A DNA stretch of 64,000 bases from an uncultured Candidatus Saccharibacteria bacterium (GCA_964433905.1 CAYSSM010000001.1:60246-124245); one strand, 5' to 3'. Shown: positions 39,358 to 52,268, numbered from the stretch's first letter. Notes: generated from the letters alone by a model not told the origin. Numbers and translations are program-made.

Positions 39358-41454
39358 TTATTTCTTCTTTCCCTCGATAATCTGTTGGGCGATGTGGCGA
39401 GGAACTTCGGCGTAATGGTCGAATTCCATCGTATATGAAGCCCGTCCTTGAGTCATGGAACGAACCGAGGTTGCATAGCCGAACATTTCCGAAAGAGGCA
39501 CCATCGCATCAATGACTTTTTGTTTAGCCCGATCAGACATTTTTTCAATATGACATCTTTTTGAGTTAAGATCTCCTAAAACATCACCCATAAACTCTTC
39601 AGGAGTGACAACTTCCACTTTCATAATCGGCTCAAGTAAAATCGGATCGGCTTTTTTCACTCCGGCTTGCAAAGCCATTGAACCGGCAATTTGAAAAGAT
39701 AGCTCCGATGAATCAACATCATGAAACGAGCCATCGTAAAGCATAACCGACATATCAACCAACGGATAGCCGGCAATTACTCCTTTAGTCATGGCTTCTT
39801 TAACGCCTTTTTCAACCGCAGGAATAAATTCCTTGGGAATTGTGCCACCGACAACTTTATCGATAAATTCAAAGCCTTCTCCATGTTCTTTTGGAGCCAG
39901 TTCCAGCCAAACATGGCCGTATTGACCGCGTCCACCGGTTTGGCGAATATACTTTCCTTCTTGACGGGCGGTGGCTTTAATCGTTTCTTTGTAGGCAACT
40001 TGGGGAGCGCCGACATTGGCTTCAACATTAAACTCCCGTTTCATTCTATCGACAATAATTTCCAGATGAAGTTCGCCCATTCCTTTAATAATTGTTTGGC
40101 CAGTCTCAATGTCGCCTTTAACTTGAAAAGTAGGATCTTCTTGAGTTAAGCGATTTAGGGCAATGCCCATTTTTTCTTGATCGGCTTTGGTTTTTGGCTC
40201 AATGGCCACCGAAATAACCGGTTCAGGAAAAGTAATTGATTCTAAAATAATTGGCGATTTATCGTCGCAGAGAGTGTCGCCGGTAGTCGTTTCTTTAAGT
40301 CCAACAGCAGCGGCAATTTCTCCGGCATAAACTTCCTGAACTTCTTCGCGGGCGGCAGCGTGCATTCGCACAATTCGGCCAATGCGTTCTTTTCTATCTT
40401 TGGTGGTATTTAGAACATACGAACCGGCTTTAAGAGTGCCTGAATAAACCCTAAAGAAGGTCAAAGTTCCAACAAAGGGATCCGAGGCAACCTTAAAAGC
40501 TAGGGCTGAAAAGGGCGCTTCATCGGATGTTTCGCGAGCAACTTCTTCTTCAGTTCTTGGTTTGAGACCTATAATCGGAGGAACATCTAACGGCGAAGGC
40601 AAATAATCGATGACTGCATCCAACATTGGCTGGACTCCTTTGTTTTTCAAAGCCGAGCCGCAGAACACCGGAATAAGTTTATTGCTTATGGTCGCCACCC
40701 GTAAAACCTTCTTTAATTCTTCGTAGGTTGGCTTTTTTCCATCAAGATATTTATTTAAAAGAGTGTCATCTTGCTCGGCAATTTTTTCAATTAAAATTTG
40801 GCGGTATTTATTAACCCGTTCATGCAATTCAGCTGGAATTTCTTTTTCTATTATTTCCTGACCTTTATCGCCTTCAAAATAAACCGCTTTCATTTTCAAA
40901 AGATCGATAATGGCCGTAAATTTATCTTCAGTGCCATCGGGAATCTGCATGGCGACCGCGTTGTCAGTCAAGCGTTCTTTGATTGAACTAAAAGAATGAT
41001 CAAAATCCGCCCCCATGCGATCAAGCTTGTTAATAAAGCAAATTCTGGGAACTTCATACTTATCGGCTTGATGCCATACAGTTTCCGACTGCGGTTCAAC
41101 GCCGGCGACACCGTCGAAAACAACTACCGCGCCGTCAAGAACCCTCAGAGACCTCTGAACTTCGGCCGTGAAATCAATATGACCAGGGGTATCGATAATA
41201 TTGAAGCGATATTTTTCATTGGGTTTGTCTGTGGTTGCCCAAAAACAAGTGGTGGCAGCTGAGGTGATAGTGATTCCGCGTTCCTGCTCCTGTTCCATCC
41301 AGTCCATCACCGCCTCGCCTTCATGAACCTCACCGATTTTATAAGTTTTACCCGTGTAATATAAAATACGCTCTGAGACAGTAGTCTTACCCGCGTCAAT
41401 ATGGGCAATAATGCCGATGTTACGATTATTTTCTAAAGAATATTCCCGCGCCAT
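39358..41454 (-). CDS. fusA: elongation factor G
   Basis: [45 protein letters not shown]. Confidence 0.99.
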   Translation of the reverse strand: MAREYSLENNRNIGIIAHIDAGKTTVSERILYYTGKTYKIGEVHEGEAVMDWMEQEQERGITITSAATTCFWATTDKPNEKYRFNIIDTPGHIDFTAEVQRSLRVLDGAVVVFDGVAGVEPQSETVWHQADKYEVPRICFINKLDRMGADFDHSFSSIKERLTDNAVAMQIPDGTEDKFTAIIDLLKMKAVYFEGDKGQEIIEKEIPAELHERVNKYRQILIEKIAEQDDTLLNKYLDGKKPTYEELKKVLRVATISNKLIPVFCGSALKNKGVQPMLDAVIDYLPSPLDVPPIIGLKPRTEEEVARETSDEAPFSALAFKVASDPFVGTLTFFRVYSGTLKAGSYVLNTTKDRKERIGRIVRMHAAAREEVQEVYAGEIAAAVGLKETTTGDTLCDDKSPIILESITFPEPVISVAIEPKTKADQEKMGIALNRLTQEDPTFQVKGDIETGQTIIKGMGELHLEIIVDRMKREFNVEANVGAPQVAYKETIKATARQEGKYIRQTGGRGQYGHVWLELAPKEHGEGFEFIDKVVGGTIPKEFIPAVEKGVKEAMTKGVIAGYPLVDMSVMLYDGSFHDVDSSELSFQIAGSMALQAGVKKADPILLEPIMKVEVVTPEEFMGDVLGDLNSKRCHIEKMSDRAKQKVIDAMVPLSEMFGYATSVRSMTQGRASYTMEFDHYAEVPRHIAQQIIEGKKK

Positions 41455-41535
41455 TAAGTCCTTTCAAAATTTTCTTAAATTAAAATATATCTACTCTTTA
41501 TTATTGTATACTATTTTTTACCCTGAATCAAGACC

Positions 41536-41563
41536 AAAAAAGACGCCCCGAGGCGTCTTTTTT
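41536..41563. terminator. intrinsic terminator between the small membrane gene and fusA
   Basis: AAAAAAGACGCC-ccga-GGCGTCTTTTTT. Confidence 0.8.
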
Positions 41564-41581
41564 GTTTAAGTTTAAACTTAA

Positions 41582-41863
41582 CTACTTATCCGGAATTGTG
41601 CCTTTTTTGCGGCCGATTATCAAGTAAAGAATCGGACCAATCCAGCTAATCAAGATGATTAAAACAATCCACAGGATTTTATCGTTCTGGTTTGGAAATT
41701 GACGACGGATAACGTCAATCAATGCCCACAAGAATAGTGCCAAGCCACCAAAGGCGAAAATAACCCAGAAAATAACCCATACTGCTGCCAATCCAACCGC
41801 GGCTGTTCCAACTGAAGCGGCAGCTGCGGCGGCAGCAGGATCGTATGTTACAGAATAATCCAT
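41582..41863 (-). CDS. small membrane protein with PLDc N-terminal-like domain
   Basis: LWALIDVIRRQF...KILWIVLIILISWIGPILYLIIGRK; AAGGAGG SD. Confidence 0.8.
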   Translation of the reverse strand: MDYSVTYDPAAAAAAASVGTAAVGLAAVWVIFWVIFAFGGLALFLWALIDVIRRQFPNQNDKILWIVLIILISWIGPILYLIIGRKKGTIPDK

Positions 41864-41925
41864 TATACCTCCTTTTTGGAGCGACCTTTATTTAAATATG
41901 CCACTGATAGATTCTTTTGTCAAAT

Positions 41926-42396
41926 TTAGAAGCGGGCGTAGTGCGCAAAGGCCTTGTTGGCTTCGGCCATTTTATGCATATTTTCTTTTTGCTTGACTGC
42001 CGTTCCGGTATTTTCAAACGCCGCCAAAATTTCTGCGCTAAGCAATTTGTCAAACGATTGTCCACGCGACTTGCGCGCAATAGCGATCAACCACCTCATA
42101 GCTAAGGATTCCGCCCGATCTGGATTTAATTCGGTTGGCACTTGATAAGTGGCGCCACCGATTCGACGTGGTTTAACTTCCAAAAGAGGTGAAGTGTTTT
42201 TTAAAGCTTTATCAAAAACTTCCAATGGTTCTTTGTTTGTTTTTTCTTTAAGAATATCAAAAGCGCCATAAACTAATTTTCTGGCAGTTTCTTTTTGTCC
42301 TCGCAGCATAATTTTATTGATAAACTTTTCCACCGTAACCGATTGATATTTAGGATCGGGATTCAATTTTCTTTTTGGGGCTTTCTTAGCTCTCAT
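41926..42396 (-). CDS. rpsG: 30S ribosomal protein S7
   Basis: [29 protein letters not shown]. Confidence 0.98.
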   Translation of the reverse strand: MRAKKAPKRKLNPDPKYQSVTVEKFINKIMLRGQKETARKLVYGAFDILKEKTNKEPLEVFDKALKNTSPLLEVKPRRIGGATYQVPTELNPDRAESLAMRWLIAIARKSRGQSFDKLLSAEILAAFENTGTAVKQKENMHKMAEANKAFAHYARF

Positions 42397-42823
42397 TATT
42401 GCCTTTCTTTACAGATACTTTTGATCCATATTTTGAACGGCCTTGCATCCGATTTTCAACACCAGCGGTATCAAACTTGCCACGAACGATGTGATATCTA
42501 ACGCCCGGCAAATCTTTAACACGCCCGCCGCGAATTAAAACTACCGAATGCTCTTGTAAGTTATGGCCTTCACCGGGAATATAAGCAGTCACTTCCTGAC
42601 CAGAAGTAAGCCGGACCCTGGCGATTTTACGCAGTGCCGAGTTTGGTTTTTTTGGAGTAACAGTTGTTACTTTAACACAAACCCCACGCAAAAAAGGCCG
42701 GCCTTTGACAAAATTTACCGGACGGTTTTTTAAAAAATTAAAACCGCGACGTAAAGCAGGGGTTTTAGTTTTGCTTACTTTAGACTTGCGGCCGTATTTT
42801 AATAATTGTGATATGGTTGGCAT
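42386..42823 (-). CDS. rpsL: 30S ribosomal protein S12
   Basis: [31 protein letters not shown]. Confidence 0.98.
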   Translation of the reverse strand: MPTISQLLKYGRKSKVSKTKTPALRRGFNFLKNRPVNFVKGRPFLRGVCVKVTTVTPKKPNSALRKIARVRLTSGQEVTAYIPGEGHNLQEHSVVLIRGGRVKDLPGVRYHIVRGKFDTAGVENRMQGRSKYGSKVSVKKGNNES

Positions 42824-42824
42824 A

Positions 42825-45800
42825 TTATTTTTTTCCTAATGCAGTTCCCGCCGGAATTAACTTACCAATGATAACATTTTCTTTCAACCCTTGCAATCGA
42901 TCTACCGCGCCTCGCGTAGCGGCATCAATTAGAATCGAGGTTGTTTCTTGAAAAGATGCGGCCGATAGAAAACTTTCAGTTTTTAGAGCCACTCTGGTGA
43001 TACCGCTGACTTGTTCTTCGCAGGTAGCCGGTTTTTTGTTACTTGCTTTAAGATTATTGTTTACTTTTTGAATCTCTAATTTGTCAATAATCTGACCTGA
43101 TAGAAAATCAGAATCGCCCGATTCTTTAATTTTTACTTTTGAAAACATTTGTCGAACAATTGTCTCAATATGTTTATCGTTAATTGTTTGACCTTGAGAA
43201 GCATAGATTTCCTGAATGCTGCGAATAATATATTTTTGAATCGGCACTTTGCCACGAAGTTTTAAGGCAAGAGCCAGATCAAGATGGCCTTCAGTTAAGT
43301 CTTGGCCTTTAGAAACTTCGTCGCCGTCACTTACTTTAACATTAGCACGGCCACTGACAGCATATGTAATAGTGACTTTCTGAGTTGATGTAACTGCTAT
43401 TTTTTTATCTGAAATCGAAATTTTACCAGCAATTCCGGCTCGAATGGCTTTCTTGTCCACCGCCATCGCTAAAGCTTGGCCGCTTTTAACAATATCGCCA
43501 CTTTTAACATTGACTTTGTAATCGCTATAAACATCGTATTCTTCTTTGAGATAGTCGGCAGATGACAAAACAATATTTTGACGATCTTTCTCGGCAACAA
43601 TTCTAACTTTTCCGTCAATTTCGGCTAAAATAGCCGGCGACCGTGGAATCCGAGCTTCAAAGAGTTCTTCAACACGAGGTAAGCCGGAAGTAATATCTTC
43701 ACCGGTAATACCGCCCATATGAAAAGTTTTCATTGTTAACTGGGTGCCAGGTTCGCCAATGGCTTGAGCCGCCATAATGCCAGAGACGGTGCCAAATTCT
43801 ACCATTCTACCAATAGCTAAGTCTCTACCGTAACAAAGCTGGCAAACACCACGTTCGGCTTTACAATTTAGAACAGACCTGACAATAACTTCGTTAATTC
43901 CGCTATCGCCGATTTGCGTAGCTTTTTCTTCATTTATTTCTTCATTCTTTTTTACAATAACTTTATTTTTGTCTTTGATATCCTTGAAGGCTACCCGTCC
44001 AACTAATCGTTCATCGAATTTTTCACCGATTTCTTCAGATTCTTGCCGTTCGAGCGCAAAACCTTCATCAGTGCCACAATCTTTGGTCGTAATAATAACA
44101 TCATGAGAGACATCGACAAGACGTCTGGTTAGGTAACCAGCTTCGGAAGTGCGCAAAGAAGTGTCTGATTTACCTTTTCTGGCACCGTGAGTTGAAATAA
44201 AGTATTCGATAACTGACAAGCCTTCTTTGTAGTTTGATCTAATCGGCAGTTCAATAATTTCACCCGCCGGGTTAACCACTAAGCCTTTCATGCCACCCAT
44301 CTGAGTAATCTGAGCGACCGATCCTCTGGCGCCAGAAACAATCATGACATAAACGGGATTGTTTTTATCGAATTCTTTTAGCATTTCCCCCTCAAGAATT
44401 GATCGGGCGCCATTCCAAAGTTCGATCGTTTTAATATTTCTTTCCGAATCGGTAATTAAGCCCCGTTGATATTGATTATCGATTTCTTCTAATTTTTTAT
44501 CACTGTCTTGAAGAATTTTTTCTTTATTAGAAGGAATAGAAATGTCATTAGCCGAAATTGTCATACCCGACAGGCCAGCATGCTCAAAACCGATTTTCTT
44601 GATTTTGTCGACAATGTCAGCCGTAATTTGCATGCCGTATTCTTTAAACATATTAGTAATTAGTTTTTTGAGTGATTTTGAATCCATATCATGATTTTGA
44701 AAAGGAATTTCGTCAGGTAAAATATTGTTGAATAAAATTCTTCCCACAGTCGTTTCGATTATTTTTATTTCCGCTTCTTGAGATTTATCAAGATGCATTC
44801 TAACCTTGATCTTGGCACGAGGGTGGACAAAACCTTGATGATAGGCCAAAATAGCTTCGTTTTTAGAGCCAAAGATTTTATCTTCCCCCGAAACATTCGG
44901 TTGGATGGTTGTCAGATAATAACAGCCAAAAACAATATCCAGCCTCGGTGAAATAACTGGTTCGCCTGAAGCAGGTTTAAGAATATTGTTTGACGATCTC
45001 ATTAAATTGGTTGTTTCATCTTTTGCTTGTGAAGAAAGAGGAACATGAACGGCCATTTGGTCACCGTCGAAATCAGCATTAAAAGCATGGCAAACCAACG
45101 GATGAATTTGGATTGCTTTTCCTTCGATTAAAACCGGTTGGAATCCTTGAATACCCAAGCGATGCAAAGTCGGCGCGCGGTTAAGTAAAACATAATAATT
45201 GCTGGTAATTTTTTCTAAGATGTCCCAAACCACCGGGTCGCCGGATTCAATTAAACGAGTAGCGTTTTTAACATTGTGGACATGGCCATCAGCGATTAAT
45301 CTTGAAATGACAAACGGCTTAAATAATTCCAAAGCCATAACCTTGGGAATACCGCATTGATGAAGCTTGAGTTCAGGACCAATAACAATCACCGATCGAC
45401 CAGAGTAATCAACGCGTTTTCCTAAAAGATTTTGGCGAAAACGGCCTTGCTTGCCTCGCAACATATCGGAAAGTGAACGCAATTTTCTAGCGGTGGCGCC
45501 GGTTGAAACGGCTCTGCCGCGACGAGCGGAATTATCGATTAAGGAATCAACCGCTTCCTGCAACATCCTTTTTTCATTGCGGCAAATAACTTCGGGCGCG
45601 CCTTGAGAAATTAATCTCTTTAAACGATTATTTCGATTAATAACTCTTCGGTACAAATCATTCAAATCAGAAGCGGCAAATCTGCCTCCGTCAAGCTGAA
45701 CCATCGGCCGCAAATCCGGAGGAATAACCGGCAAACGGTTTAAAATTAACCATTCCGGTTTAATCCCGGCATCTTTCATATTGGTAACCAACCTTAGTCT

Positions 45801-46592
45801 TCTTAAAACACGGCGGCGATTAACCCCAATAGTTGTCTTTAATTCCAAGTTTAATTCTTCGTATAATTGATTTAAATCGGTATTTTTTAGAATTTCCGAA
45901 ATTGCTTCAGCGCCAATGCCAACTTTAATAATTTGGCCATATCTTAATGATAAATCTTGATATTTGCTTTCGGTCAAAATCATTTTTCGATTAAGAGAAA
46001 GAATTTCTTGCTTGGTAGCGCGGTAAGCAATTTCAACTTTAGCCATTTCCATGTTGTTGTCAGCCAGTTTATTCTTGGCTTCCGCAAACTCTTTTTCCAA
46101 TTGCTCTAAGGCGCTTTTTCGAATATTTTCATCAACATCCAAAATCATAAATCCGGCAAAATAGATCACCCTTTCCAGATCGTTGGTAGAAATATCTAAA
46201 ACCAAGCCTAAAACCGACGGTACGCCATGAACATACCAGATATGAGTTACTGGCACAGCCAAATCAATATGCCCCATTCTTTCACGTCTAACAGACGAAC
46301 GAGTAACTTCGACACCGCATTTATCGCAAATTACGCCTTTATAACGAATTTTTTTATATTTTCCGCAGTAACATTCAAAATCTTTAACCGGTCCAAAAAT
46401 TCTCTCGTCAAAAAGACCATCGCGTTCCGGTTTTTGAGTACGATAATTAATAGTCTCCGGTTTTAAAACTTCGCCAAAAGACCAAGCTAAAATTTCGTCG
46501 GGTGATGCAACAGAAATTTTTAGAGCATCAAAATCGTTGATTCTTGGTTGATCTTTATGATTAGCTTGTTGTTTAAATTGAGCTCTAGCCAT
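42825..46592 (-). CDS. rpoC: RNA polymerase beta' subunit
   Basis: [48 protein letters not shown]. Confidence 0.99.
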   Translation of the reverse strand: MARAQFKQQANHKDQPRINDFDALKISVASPDEILAWSFGEVLKPETINYRTQKPERDGLFDERIFGPVKDFECYCGKYKKIRYKGVICDKCGVEVTRSSVRRERMGHIDLAVPVTHIWYVHGVPSVLGLVLDISTNDLERVIYFAGFMILDVDENIRKSALEQLEKEFAEAKNKLADNNMEMAKVEIAYRATKQEILSLNRKMILTESKYQDLSLRYGQIIKVGIGAEAISEILKNTDLNQLYEELNLELKTTIGVNRRRVLRRLRLVTNMKDAGIKPEWLILNRLPVIPPDLRPMVQLDGGRFAASDLNDLYRRVINRNNRLKRLISQGAPEVICRNEKRMLQEAVDSLIDNSARRGRAVSTGATARKLRSLSDMLRGKQGRFRQNLLGKRVDYSGRSVIVIGPELKLHQCGIPKVMALELFKPFVISRLIADGHVHNVKNATRLIESGDPVVWDILEKITSNYYVLLNRAPTLHRLGIQGFQPVLIEGKAIQIHPLVCHAFNADFDGDQMAVHVPLSSQAKDETTNLMRSSNNILKPASGEPVISPRLDIVFGCYYLTTIQPNVSGEDKIFGSKNEAILAYHQGFVHPRAKIKVRMHLDKSQEAEIKIIETTVGRILFNNILPDEIPFQNHDMDSKSLKKLITNMFKEYGMQITADIVDKIKKIGFEHAGLSGMTISANDISIPSNKEKILQDSDKKLEEIDNQYQRGLITDSERNIKTIELWNGARSILEGEMLKEFDKNNPVYVMIVSGARGSVAQITQMGGMKGLVVNPAGEIIELPIRSNYKEGLSVIEYFISTHGARKGKSDTSLRTSEAGYLTRRLVDVSHDVIITTKDCGTDEGFALERQESEEIGEKFDERLVGRVAFKDIKDKNKVIVKKNEEINEEKATQIGDSGINEVIVRSVLNCKAERGVCQLCYGRDLAIGRMVEFGTVSGIMAAQAIGEPGTQLTMKTFHMGGITGEDITSGLPRVEELFEARIPRSPAILAEIDGKVRIVAEKDRQNIVLSSADYLKEEYDVYSDYKVNVKSGDIVKSGQALAMAVDKKAIRAGIAGKISISDKKIAVTSTQKVTITYAVSGRANVKVSDGDEVSKGQDLTEGHLDLALALKLRGKVPIQKYIIRSIQEIYASQGQTINDKHIETIVRQMFSKVKIKESGDSDFLSGQIIDKLEIQKVNNNLKASNKKPATCEEQVSGITRVALKTESFLSAASFQETTSILIDAATRGAVDRLQGLKENVIIGKLIPAGTALGKK

Positions 46593-49500
46593 TATTCTTC
46601 TCCTTCATCTATCGGTTTTTCTTTCATTTCTGGTTCGGGAACATCAAGTTCGGTTACTTCGACATCTTCGTCCGCCGCCACAGATCCAACCATAGCCTTG
46701 TCTTTAACAACCGGCGAAGCAACTTTTTTTCTTGAAAGCTCGGCTGAAGTTAACATTTCGACATTTAACCCCAATGATTGAAGTTCTTTAACTAAAACAT
46801 AAAAACTGGCAGGAATTTGTGGTTTTTGAATCGGCTCGCCCTTAATAATTGATTCATATGCTTTTGAACGGCCGATAACATCATCGGACTTAATCGTCAA
46901 AATTTCCTGCAAAGAATGGGCGGCACCATAGGCTTCCAAAGCCCAAACTTCCATTTCGCCGAATCGCTGGCCGCCAAATTGAGCTTTACCGCCTAAAGGT
47001 TGTTGGGTAACCATTGAATAAGGCCCGGTTGAACGGGCGTGCATTTTATCATCAACCATATGGCAAAGTTTCATCATATAGATAATGCCAACGGTTGTTT
47101 TTTGATCAAAAGGATTGCCGGTACGGCCATCGTAAAGCTGAACCTTACCGTCCGCAGGAAGACCGGCTTTTACTAATTCTGCTTGAATAGTTGGATATTC
47201 AACGCCTTCGAAAACGGGAACTGCCACTTTGTAATTTAATCTTTGAGCTGCCCACCCAAGATGGGTTTCTAAAATCTGTCCTAAGTTCATACGGGAAATT
47301 ACACCCAAAGGATTTAAAACAATATCCAGCGGCGTGCCGTCGGCCAAGAAAGGCATTTCTTCTTCCGGCAAAACCACCGAAATGACACCTTTATTACCGT
47401 GACGGCCGGCTAATTTATCGCCAATTTGAATTTTTCGAAGTTGTGCCACCGCTACCTCTACCATTTGGTAGACGCCGGCGGGCAATTCGTCGCCGCTTTC
47501 TTTGGAAAAGATTTTAATATCAACAACTCTCCCATATTCACCATGAGGCAAACGTAATGATGTGTCTTTAACATCTTTGGCTTTTTCACCAAAAATAGCT
47601 CTTAATAGTTTTTCTTCAGCTGACAGTTCAGTTTCACCTTTAGGAGAAATTTTACCGACTAAAATATCGCCGGCCGAAATTTCGGCGCCGATTCGAACGA
47701 TACCTTGTTCGTCAAGATTAGCCAATGCTTCTTCACCGACATTTGGAATATCGCGAGTTAGAAGTTCCGGTCCCAATTTTGTATCCCGGACTTCAAGAGA
47801 GTATTTTTCAATATGAACTGAAGTATAAACATCATTGCGGACTAATTTTTGAGAAATAATAATTGCATCTTCAAAATTTGCGCCCCTAAATGACATAAAG
47901 CCGACTAAAACATTTTTGCCCAATGCCAATTCGCCTTGCTCGGTTGCCGATGAATCAGCGATAATCTGGCCATTTTTGACTTTATCACCGACTGAAACAG
48001 CCGGAGCTTGATTAAGACAGGTCCCTTGATTAGAACGTAAAAACTTTTTTAAACGGTAACTTTCTTTTTGGCCGTTTTTTTGTTGAATGCTAATTTCCGC
48101 CGCCGAGACATCGGTTACCGTACCGTCTATCTTACTATATAGACACTGACCGGAATCTTTTGCCGCCGCCTCTTCCATACCGGTTCCGATAACAGGCGCT
48201 TGAGGTCTGACCAAAGGCACCGCTTGTCTTTCCATATTTGAACCCATTGAGGCGCGAGTGGCATCATCATGTTCGACAAAAGGAATTAAAGCCGTTGACA
48301 GGGATACCGTTTGTTTAGGCGAAACATCAACATATTGAATCTTGTTGGTTCTTTCAATTTGCGGCAGGCCAAGCCGACGAACAATGGTTCGCGATTCCAA
48401 AAAGTAGCCGTCTTTATCAAATTTTGACGACGCCGGCGCAATAATCGATTTTTCTTCCGCGTCAGCGTCTAAATAGATTAATTTATTAGTAACTCTTGGT
48501 TTTTTATTTTTACCCTCTTCGACAACTAAATATGGAGTTTCCAAAAAGCCGTATTCATTAATTTTGGCATATGAGGCCATATAGCCAACCAAACCAATAT
48601 TCGGACCTTCGGGAGTCTCGATTGGACAAATACGGCCGTAGTGTGAGGAATGAACATCACGAACTTCAAAACCGGCTCGTTCGCGCGAAAGACCGCCCGG
48701 TCCGGTAGCCGACAAACATCTCTTATGCTCTAATTCAGCTAAAGGATTTGTCTGATTCATAAACTGGGACATCTGCGAAGAAGCGTAGAATTCCTGCAAA
48801 ACCGCGGCAATCGGCCGGGCGTTAATTAATTGATTGGCGGTAACAGTATCAGGATCGAGCACCGACATACGGTCTTTAATAATTCGTTCCATACGCAAAA
48901 AGCCAACTCTTACTTTTCCTTGGACAAGCTCGCCTACTGCTCGTACACGGCGGTTTTTTAGATGATCAACATCATCAGGCTCAGCAGTTGGATCATTATT
49001 CAAACGAATAATCTCGCGAATCACTTCAACAACATCTTCGATTCTTAAAATTCTATTTTTAAGCTCATTTTCAACATTTAGCCCTAACCGGCGGTTTACT
49101 TTATAGCGACCGACTTTACCTAAATCATAACGCTTTGGGTTAAAAAACATCGCTTCTAAAAATGTTTTAGCGGTATCGGCCGTCGCCAAATCACCCGGCC
49201 TGATTCTTTTATAAACTTCGACTAATGCTTCTTCGTATGTTTTAGCGGTATCGCGACCTAAAGTCGCTTTGATATAATCGTGATCAGCATTATCATTAAC
49301 GCCCTCAAAAGCTTTAATGATTTGGTCGGTATTTAAACCTAAAGAACGCAAAAAGGTTGAAATAAGAATTTTTCTTTTTCTGTCAACTTTGACATAGATT
49401 ACATCTCGCTGGGAAGTTTCAAATTCAAGCCAAGCGCCGCGCGAAGGAATGATTTTTGCTCCAAAAAAATGTTTGTCACCTATTTCATTAGCGACAAAGA

Positions 49501-49906
49501 GAACTCCAAAAGAACGAACTATTTGAGAAACAACAACTCTTTCAATACCATTAATAATAAAAGTCCCACGGTCAGTCATTAAAGGAAAATCGCCTAAAAA
49601 GATATCCGATTCTTTAATTTTACCGGTAACTTTATTGGTTAAACGGACATGACATTTAAGCGATGATTGATAGGTAAGATTCTTGTTGCGGGTAGTATCT
49701 TCATCATAACGCGGAGTCTCCAATGAAGTGCTTAAAAAATCTAATTTCAAAAGCTTGCCGGTAAAGTCTTCTACCGGGTTAATTTCGTCTAATAGCTCGC
49801 GAATCCCCTCTTTGAAGAACCAGTCATAAGACTTGGTTTGAACCTCAATCAGATCAGGAAGGGGAATGGACATTTGTTTAGATTGATTGAATTGGACTCG
49901 AGACAC
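46592..49906 (-). CDS. rpoB: RNA polymerase beta subunit
   Basis: PIETPEGPNIGL, GDKLAGRHGNKG, GGQRFGEMEVWALEAYGA; GTG start at 49906 after GAGGAG. Confidence 0.99.
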   Translation of the reverse strand: MSRVQFNQSKQMSIPLPDLIEVQTKSYDWFFKEGIRELLDEINPVEDFTGKLLKLDFLSTSLETPRYDEDTTRNKNLTYQSSLKCHVRLTNKVTGKIKESDIFLGDFPLMTDRGTFIINGIERVVVSQIVRSFGVLFVANEIGDKHFFGAKIIPSRGAWLEFETSQRDVIYVKVDRKRKILISTFLRSLGLNTDQIIKAFEGVNDNADHDYIKATLGRDTAKTYEEALVEVYKRIRPGDLATADTAKTFLEAMFFNPKRYDLGKVGRYKVNRRLGLNVENELKNRILRIEDVVEVIREIIRLNNDPTAEPDDVDHLKNRRVRAVGELVQGKVRVGFLRMERIIKDRMSVLDPDTVTANQLINARPIAAVLQEFYASSQMSQFMNQTNPLAELEHKRCLSATGPGGLSRERAGFEVRDVHSSHYGRICPIETPEGPNIGLVGYMASYAKINEYGFLETPYLVVEEGKNKKPRVTNKLIYLDADAEEKSIIAPASSKFDKDGYFLESRTIVRRLGLPQIERTNKIQYVDVSPKQTVSLSTALIPFVEHDDATRASMGSNMERQAVPLVRPQAPVIGTGMEEAAAKDSGQCLYSKIDGTVTDVSAAEISIQQKNGQKESYRLKKFLRSNQGTCLNQAPAVSVGDKVKNGQIIADSSATEQGELALGKNVLVGFMSFRGANFEDAIIISQKLVRNDVYTSVHIEKYSLEVRDTKLGPELLTRDIPNVGEEALANLDEQGIVRIGAEISAGDILVGKISPKGETELSAEEKLLRAIFGEKAKDVKDTSLRLPHGEYGRVVDIKIFSKESGDELPAGVYQMVEVAVAQLRKIQIGDKLAGRHGNKGVISVVLPEEEMPFLADGTPLDIVLNPLGVISRMNLGQILETHLGWAAQRLNYKVAVPVFEGVEYPTIQAELVKAGLPADGKVQLYDGRTGNPFDQKTTVGIIYMMKLCHMVDDKMHARSTGPYSMVTQQPLGGKAQFGGQRFGEMEVWALEAYGAAHSLQEILTIKSDDVIGRSKAYESIIKGEPIQKPQIPASFYVLVKELQSLGLNVEMLTSAELSRKKVASPVVKDKAMVGSVAADEDVEVTELDVPEPEMKEKPIDEGEE

Positions 49907-50074
49907 TAAAAAACTCCTCAAAAATACCACAGCAACACCTACTGCTTAGAGGCAGAAATTTGCGTTAATAATTATTTGGTCCCACCCTTTTTTATAACTA
50001 TATTTATTACTATCTTATCTTATAATAAGATATTATTTTTGTCAAGCCCTGGGGATTAATTTTTGCCGCTAAAC

Positions 50075-50578
50075 TTAAAATATTTGTTGGCTCCCACAGA
50101 AGGAAGATGTACCAGAATCAAGTAAAATGTTATTTGACTGAGAGGAACTTTTAGGGGTACCGATGATCATTTTGTAAACATTCAAAGCGATTGCGCCAAT
50201 AAAAAGTATTATTATTATCCACAGGGCCAATTTGAATTTTATTCCGACAATATCCCAAAAAACCTTCTTGATAATTAAAAAATCGATCAATAAAATAGCT
50301 AATAAAACCAATAAATCCAAGTAGTAAATATAGGTTATAAAAACATTCATTACGGTATAGATAATAATCGAGATTGAAAATATGGCGATTATTTTGGTAG
50401 TATCGTCAAACGCCTTGCCTCTTTTTATTTTATTGACAATGATTCTCACGATCAAATACAGAGCCAAAAAAATATTTATAAAAATAATTAAACTTATAAC
50501 TCCCCGAGCTAAACTTGCGAATATTGGCGTCGGAGCAAGACAAGTCATATAGTTAGTAAAATTTTGTTTAAATTTCAA
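50075..50578 (-). CDS. hypothetical membrane protein
   Basis: 167-aa ORF with about 4 hydrophobic segments. Confidence 0.6.
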   Translation of the reverse strand: MKFKQNFTNYMTCLAPTPIFASLARGVISLIIFINIFLALYLIVRIIVNKIKRGKAFDDTTKIIAIFSISIIIYTVMNVFITYIYYLDLLVLLAILLIDFLIIKKVFWDIVGIKFKLALWIIIILFIGAIALNVYKMIIGTPKSSSQSNNILLDSGTSSFCGSQQIF

Positions 50579-50616
50579 AATTGTCCTTTGAGAATCGTTT
50601 TCAATTATGTGCTAAT

Positions 50617-51009
50617 TTATTGTAAATTTTGATCGTCAATCACCTCTTCCTCCTGCGGTTGAGCCACATCAGCACCAACTTCAATCAGAGCGGCTTCATC
50701 GCCAGCCATTCGCTTAACGCTTAGTTCGGCAACCTCGGATGTTTTGAAAGATTCGGCAGTTTGAGGCGAAACGATAACATTAATAGTATGTGGCGGTTGA
50801 TTGGCGCGAAAACCATCAAAAAGAAAAGGAGAACAGGCATACAGGCTGACATGGGGGATATAAACACCCTCAGGAACCGGGTGAGACTGGGCTAACGACT
50901 CTTGCGTTACTTTCATCTGAGCAAAACCAACTTTTTGTTCTTTGTTTTCGCTTGTTTCCGGTGGAATTTCTGTAGGAATAGGTTCTCGGCCGATACCAAA
51001 AATACTCAT
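50617..51009 (-). CDS. hypothetical protein
   Basis: 130-aa ORF with AAGGAG SD; no recognisable motif. Confidence 0.65.
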   Translation of the reverse strand: MSIFGIGREPIPTEIPPETSENKEQKVGFAQMKVTQESLAQSHPVPEGVYIPHVSLYACSPFLFDGFRANQPPHTINVIVSPQTAESFKTSEVAELSVKRMAGDEAALIEVGADVAQPQEEEVIDDQNLQ

Positions 51010-51209
51010 AACTTCTCCTTTTTGTAAATTAACTAATAATAATTAATTGTAAAACACTGCTTAATTAAATATTAACTCAAACTGAAATATAAATCAAAGT
51101 AGCTAATTCTGTCTAAAAGTAATAATATTTAAATGTAGAATAGATAATTTCAGAAAGGAGGTGAGCAGTTTTTTTCATACCTGAAGTATTAATTAGTAAG
51201 GAGCAAAAA

Positions 51210-51452
51210 ATGAAACAATCAATTGCATTATTAACTATCTTTTTGAGTTTAATCGTATTTTCCAATGTTACCAATGTCGCCAGAAATCAAAAACAAACCT
51301 TAGTTACTCCGTCGCCAGTAGTCAACAAAAGTGATATCAAGGATGCAGAAGTCAACCGCTACAACAACAAGTACCAAATCCAAGTTAATTATGATGTTAA
51401 TTCAATTACTGAAAAATTAAACTGGATAACTCAAAACGAATTAGCCAAATAA
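51210..51452 (+). CDS. small hypothetical secreted protein
   Basis: AAGGAG SD, signal-peptide-like N-terminus; stop codon coincides with left boundary of family C element. Confidence 0.6.
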   Translation: MKQSIALLTIFLSLIVFSNVTNVARNQKQTLVTPSPVVNKSDIKDAEVNRYNNKYQIQVNYDVNSITEKLNWITQNELAK

Positions 51453-51556
51453 ACTACCTCGCAGCAAGCTGACGAGGTATCCCTGAAGGGAAAGTTTGTT
51501 TTTAACAGGTTTTCATCCTCGTAGCAAGCTACGAGGTATTCAACCTCTGAAAATAA
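51449..51556 (+). mobile_element. family C non-autonomous palindromic element (two-hairpin copy)
   Basis: ATAAACTACCTCGCAGCAAGCTGACGAGGTAT...CCTCGTAGCAAGCTACGAGG...TGAAAATAA. Confidence 0.85.
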
Positions 51557-51637
51557 GCCACACTGCGATAAAACCTCAATGTATTGCCTAAGATGAAAAG
51601 TGTATTTTTATACAAAACCCCGCAAAAATATGCGAGG

Positions 51638-52183
51638 TTAGTTGTTGGTTAAAAGTTTTCTTAAACGCAAAGTGTTTGCCACATCGCTATCACTTGCATT
51701 TAGACTTGATAAAAATTCGTCAAACTCAGGATTATTAAAAAATAAATTATCACATTTAAGGCTACAAATTACCGAATATTGCCTGAATAACAATTTACCT
51801 ATCGGCCGACTCAGTTCTGCCGGAGTGGGAGAAAGTATCATAAAATAAAATTTTTGTTTTTCTCTTGCAAGTATTTGAAAATCGTTTAATTTATTTTTAT
51901 CAAGATCGTCAGACTGCCCTTTGAAAATTACTATATCTCCAGAATCATAACAAAATGCAGCTGCTTGGATGATACTTTTTTTGCCAACAGCTGGATTTGC
52001 AATATTTACTACCACATGATCAGGTAAAATCGTAATCGGCCCTTTAGTATTAGGCAGCAATTCATCAAGCGTTAAAAATATGCCAAAAGGATAATATAAA
52101 CACAGAACAGGAAATATTTCAGATCCATCAGCCTTAAGACCGATAGATGCCACTGAAGCTGTTAGCACACTGGCTACTGGCAT
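51638..52183 (-). CDS. hypothetical protein
   Basis: ATG at 52183 after AAGGAGG SD; the longer upstream part of the called ORF crosses a terminator and is unlikely. Confidence 0.6.
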   Translation of the reverse strand: MPVASVLTASVASIGLKADGSEIFPVLCLYYPFGIFLTLDELLPNTKGPITILPDHVVVNIANPAVGKKSIIQAAAFCYDSGDIVIFKGQSDDLDKNKLNDFQILAREKQKFYFMILSPTPAELSRPIGKLLFRQYSVICSLKCDNLFFNNPEFDEFLSSLNASDSDVANTLRLRKLLTNN

Positions 52184-52268
52184 AATTTCCTCCTTGTCAA
52201 AGTACAATTCATTCTTAATTACAACATTATAACTAATATTATTATTTCGCAAGATAATCTTTTTAGAT

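Noticed and set aside
51152-51189. Strong AGAAAGGAGGTGA SD without a properly spaced start
   Set aside because: Only a 7-codon GTG ORF overlapping the SD; cannot be supported as a gene
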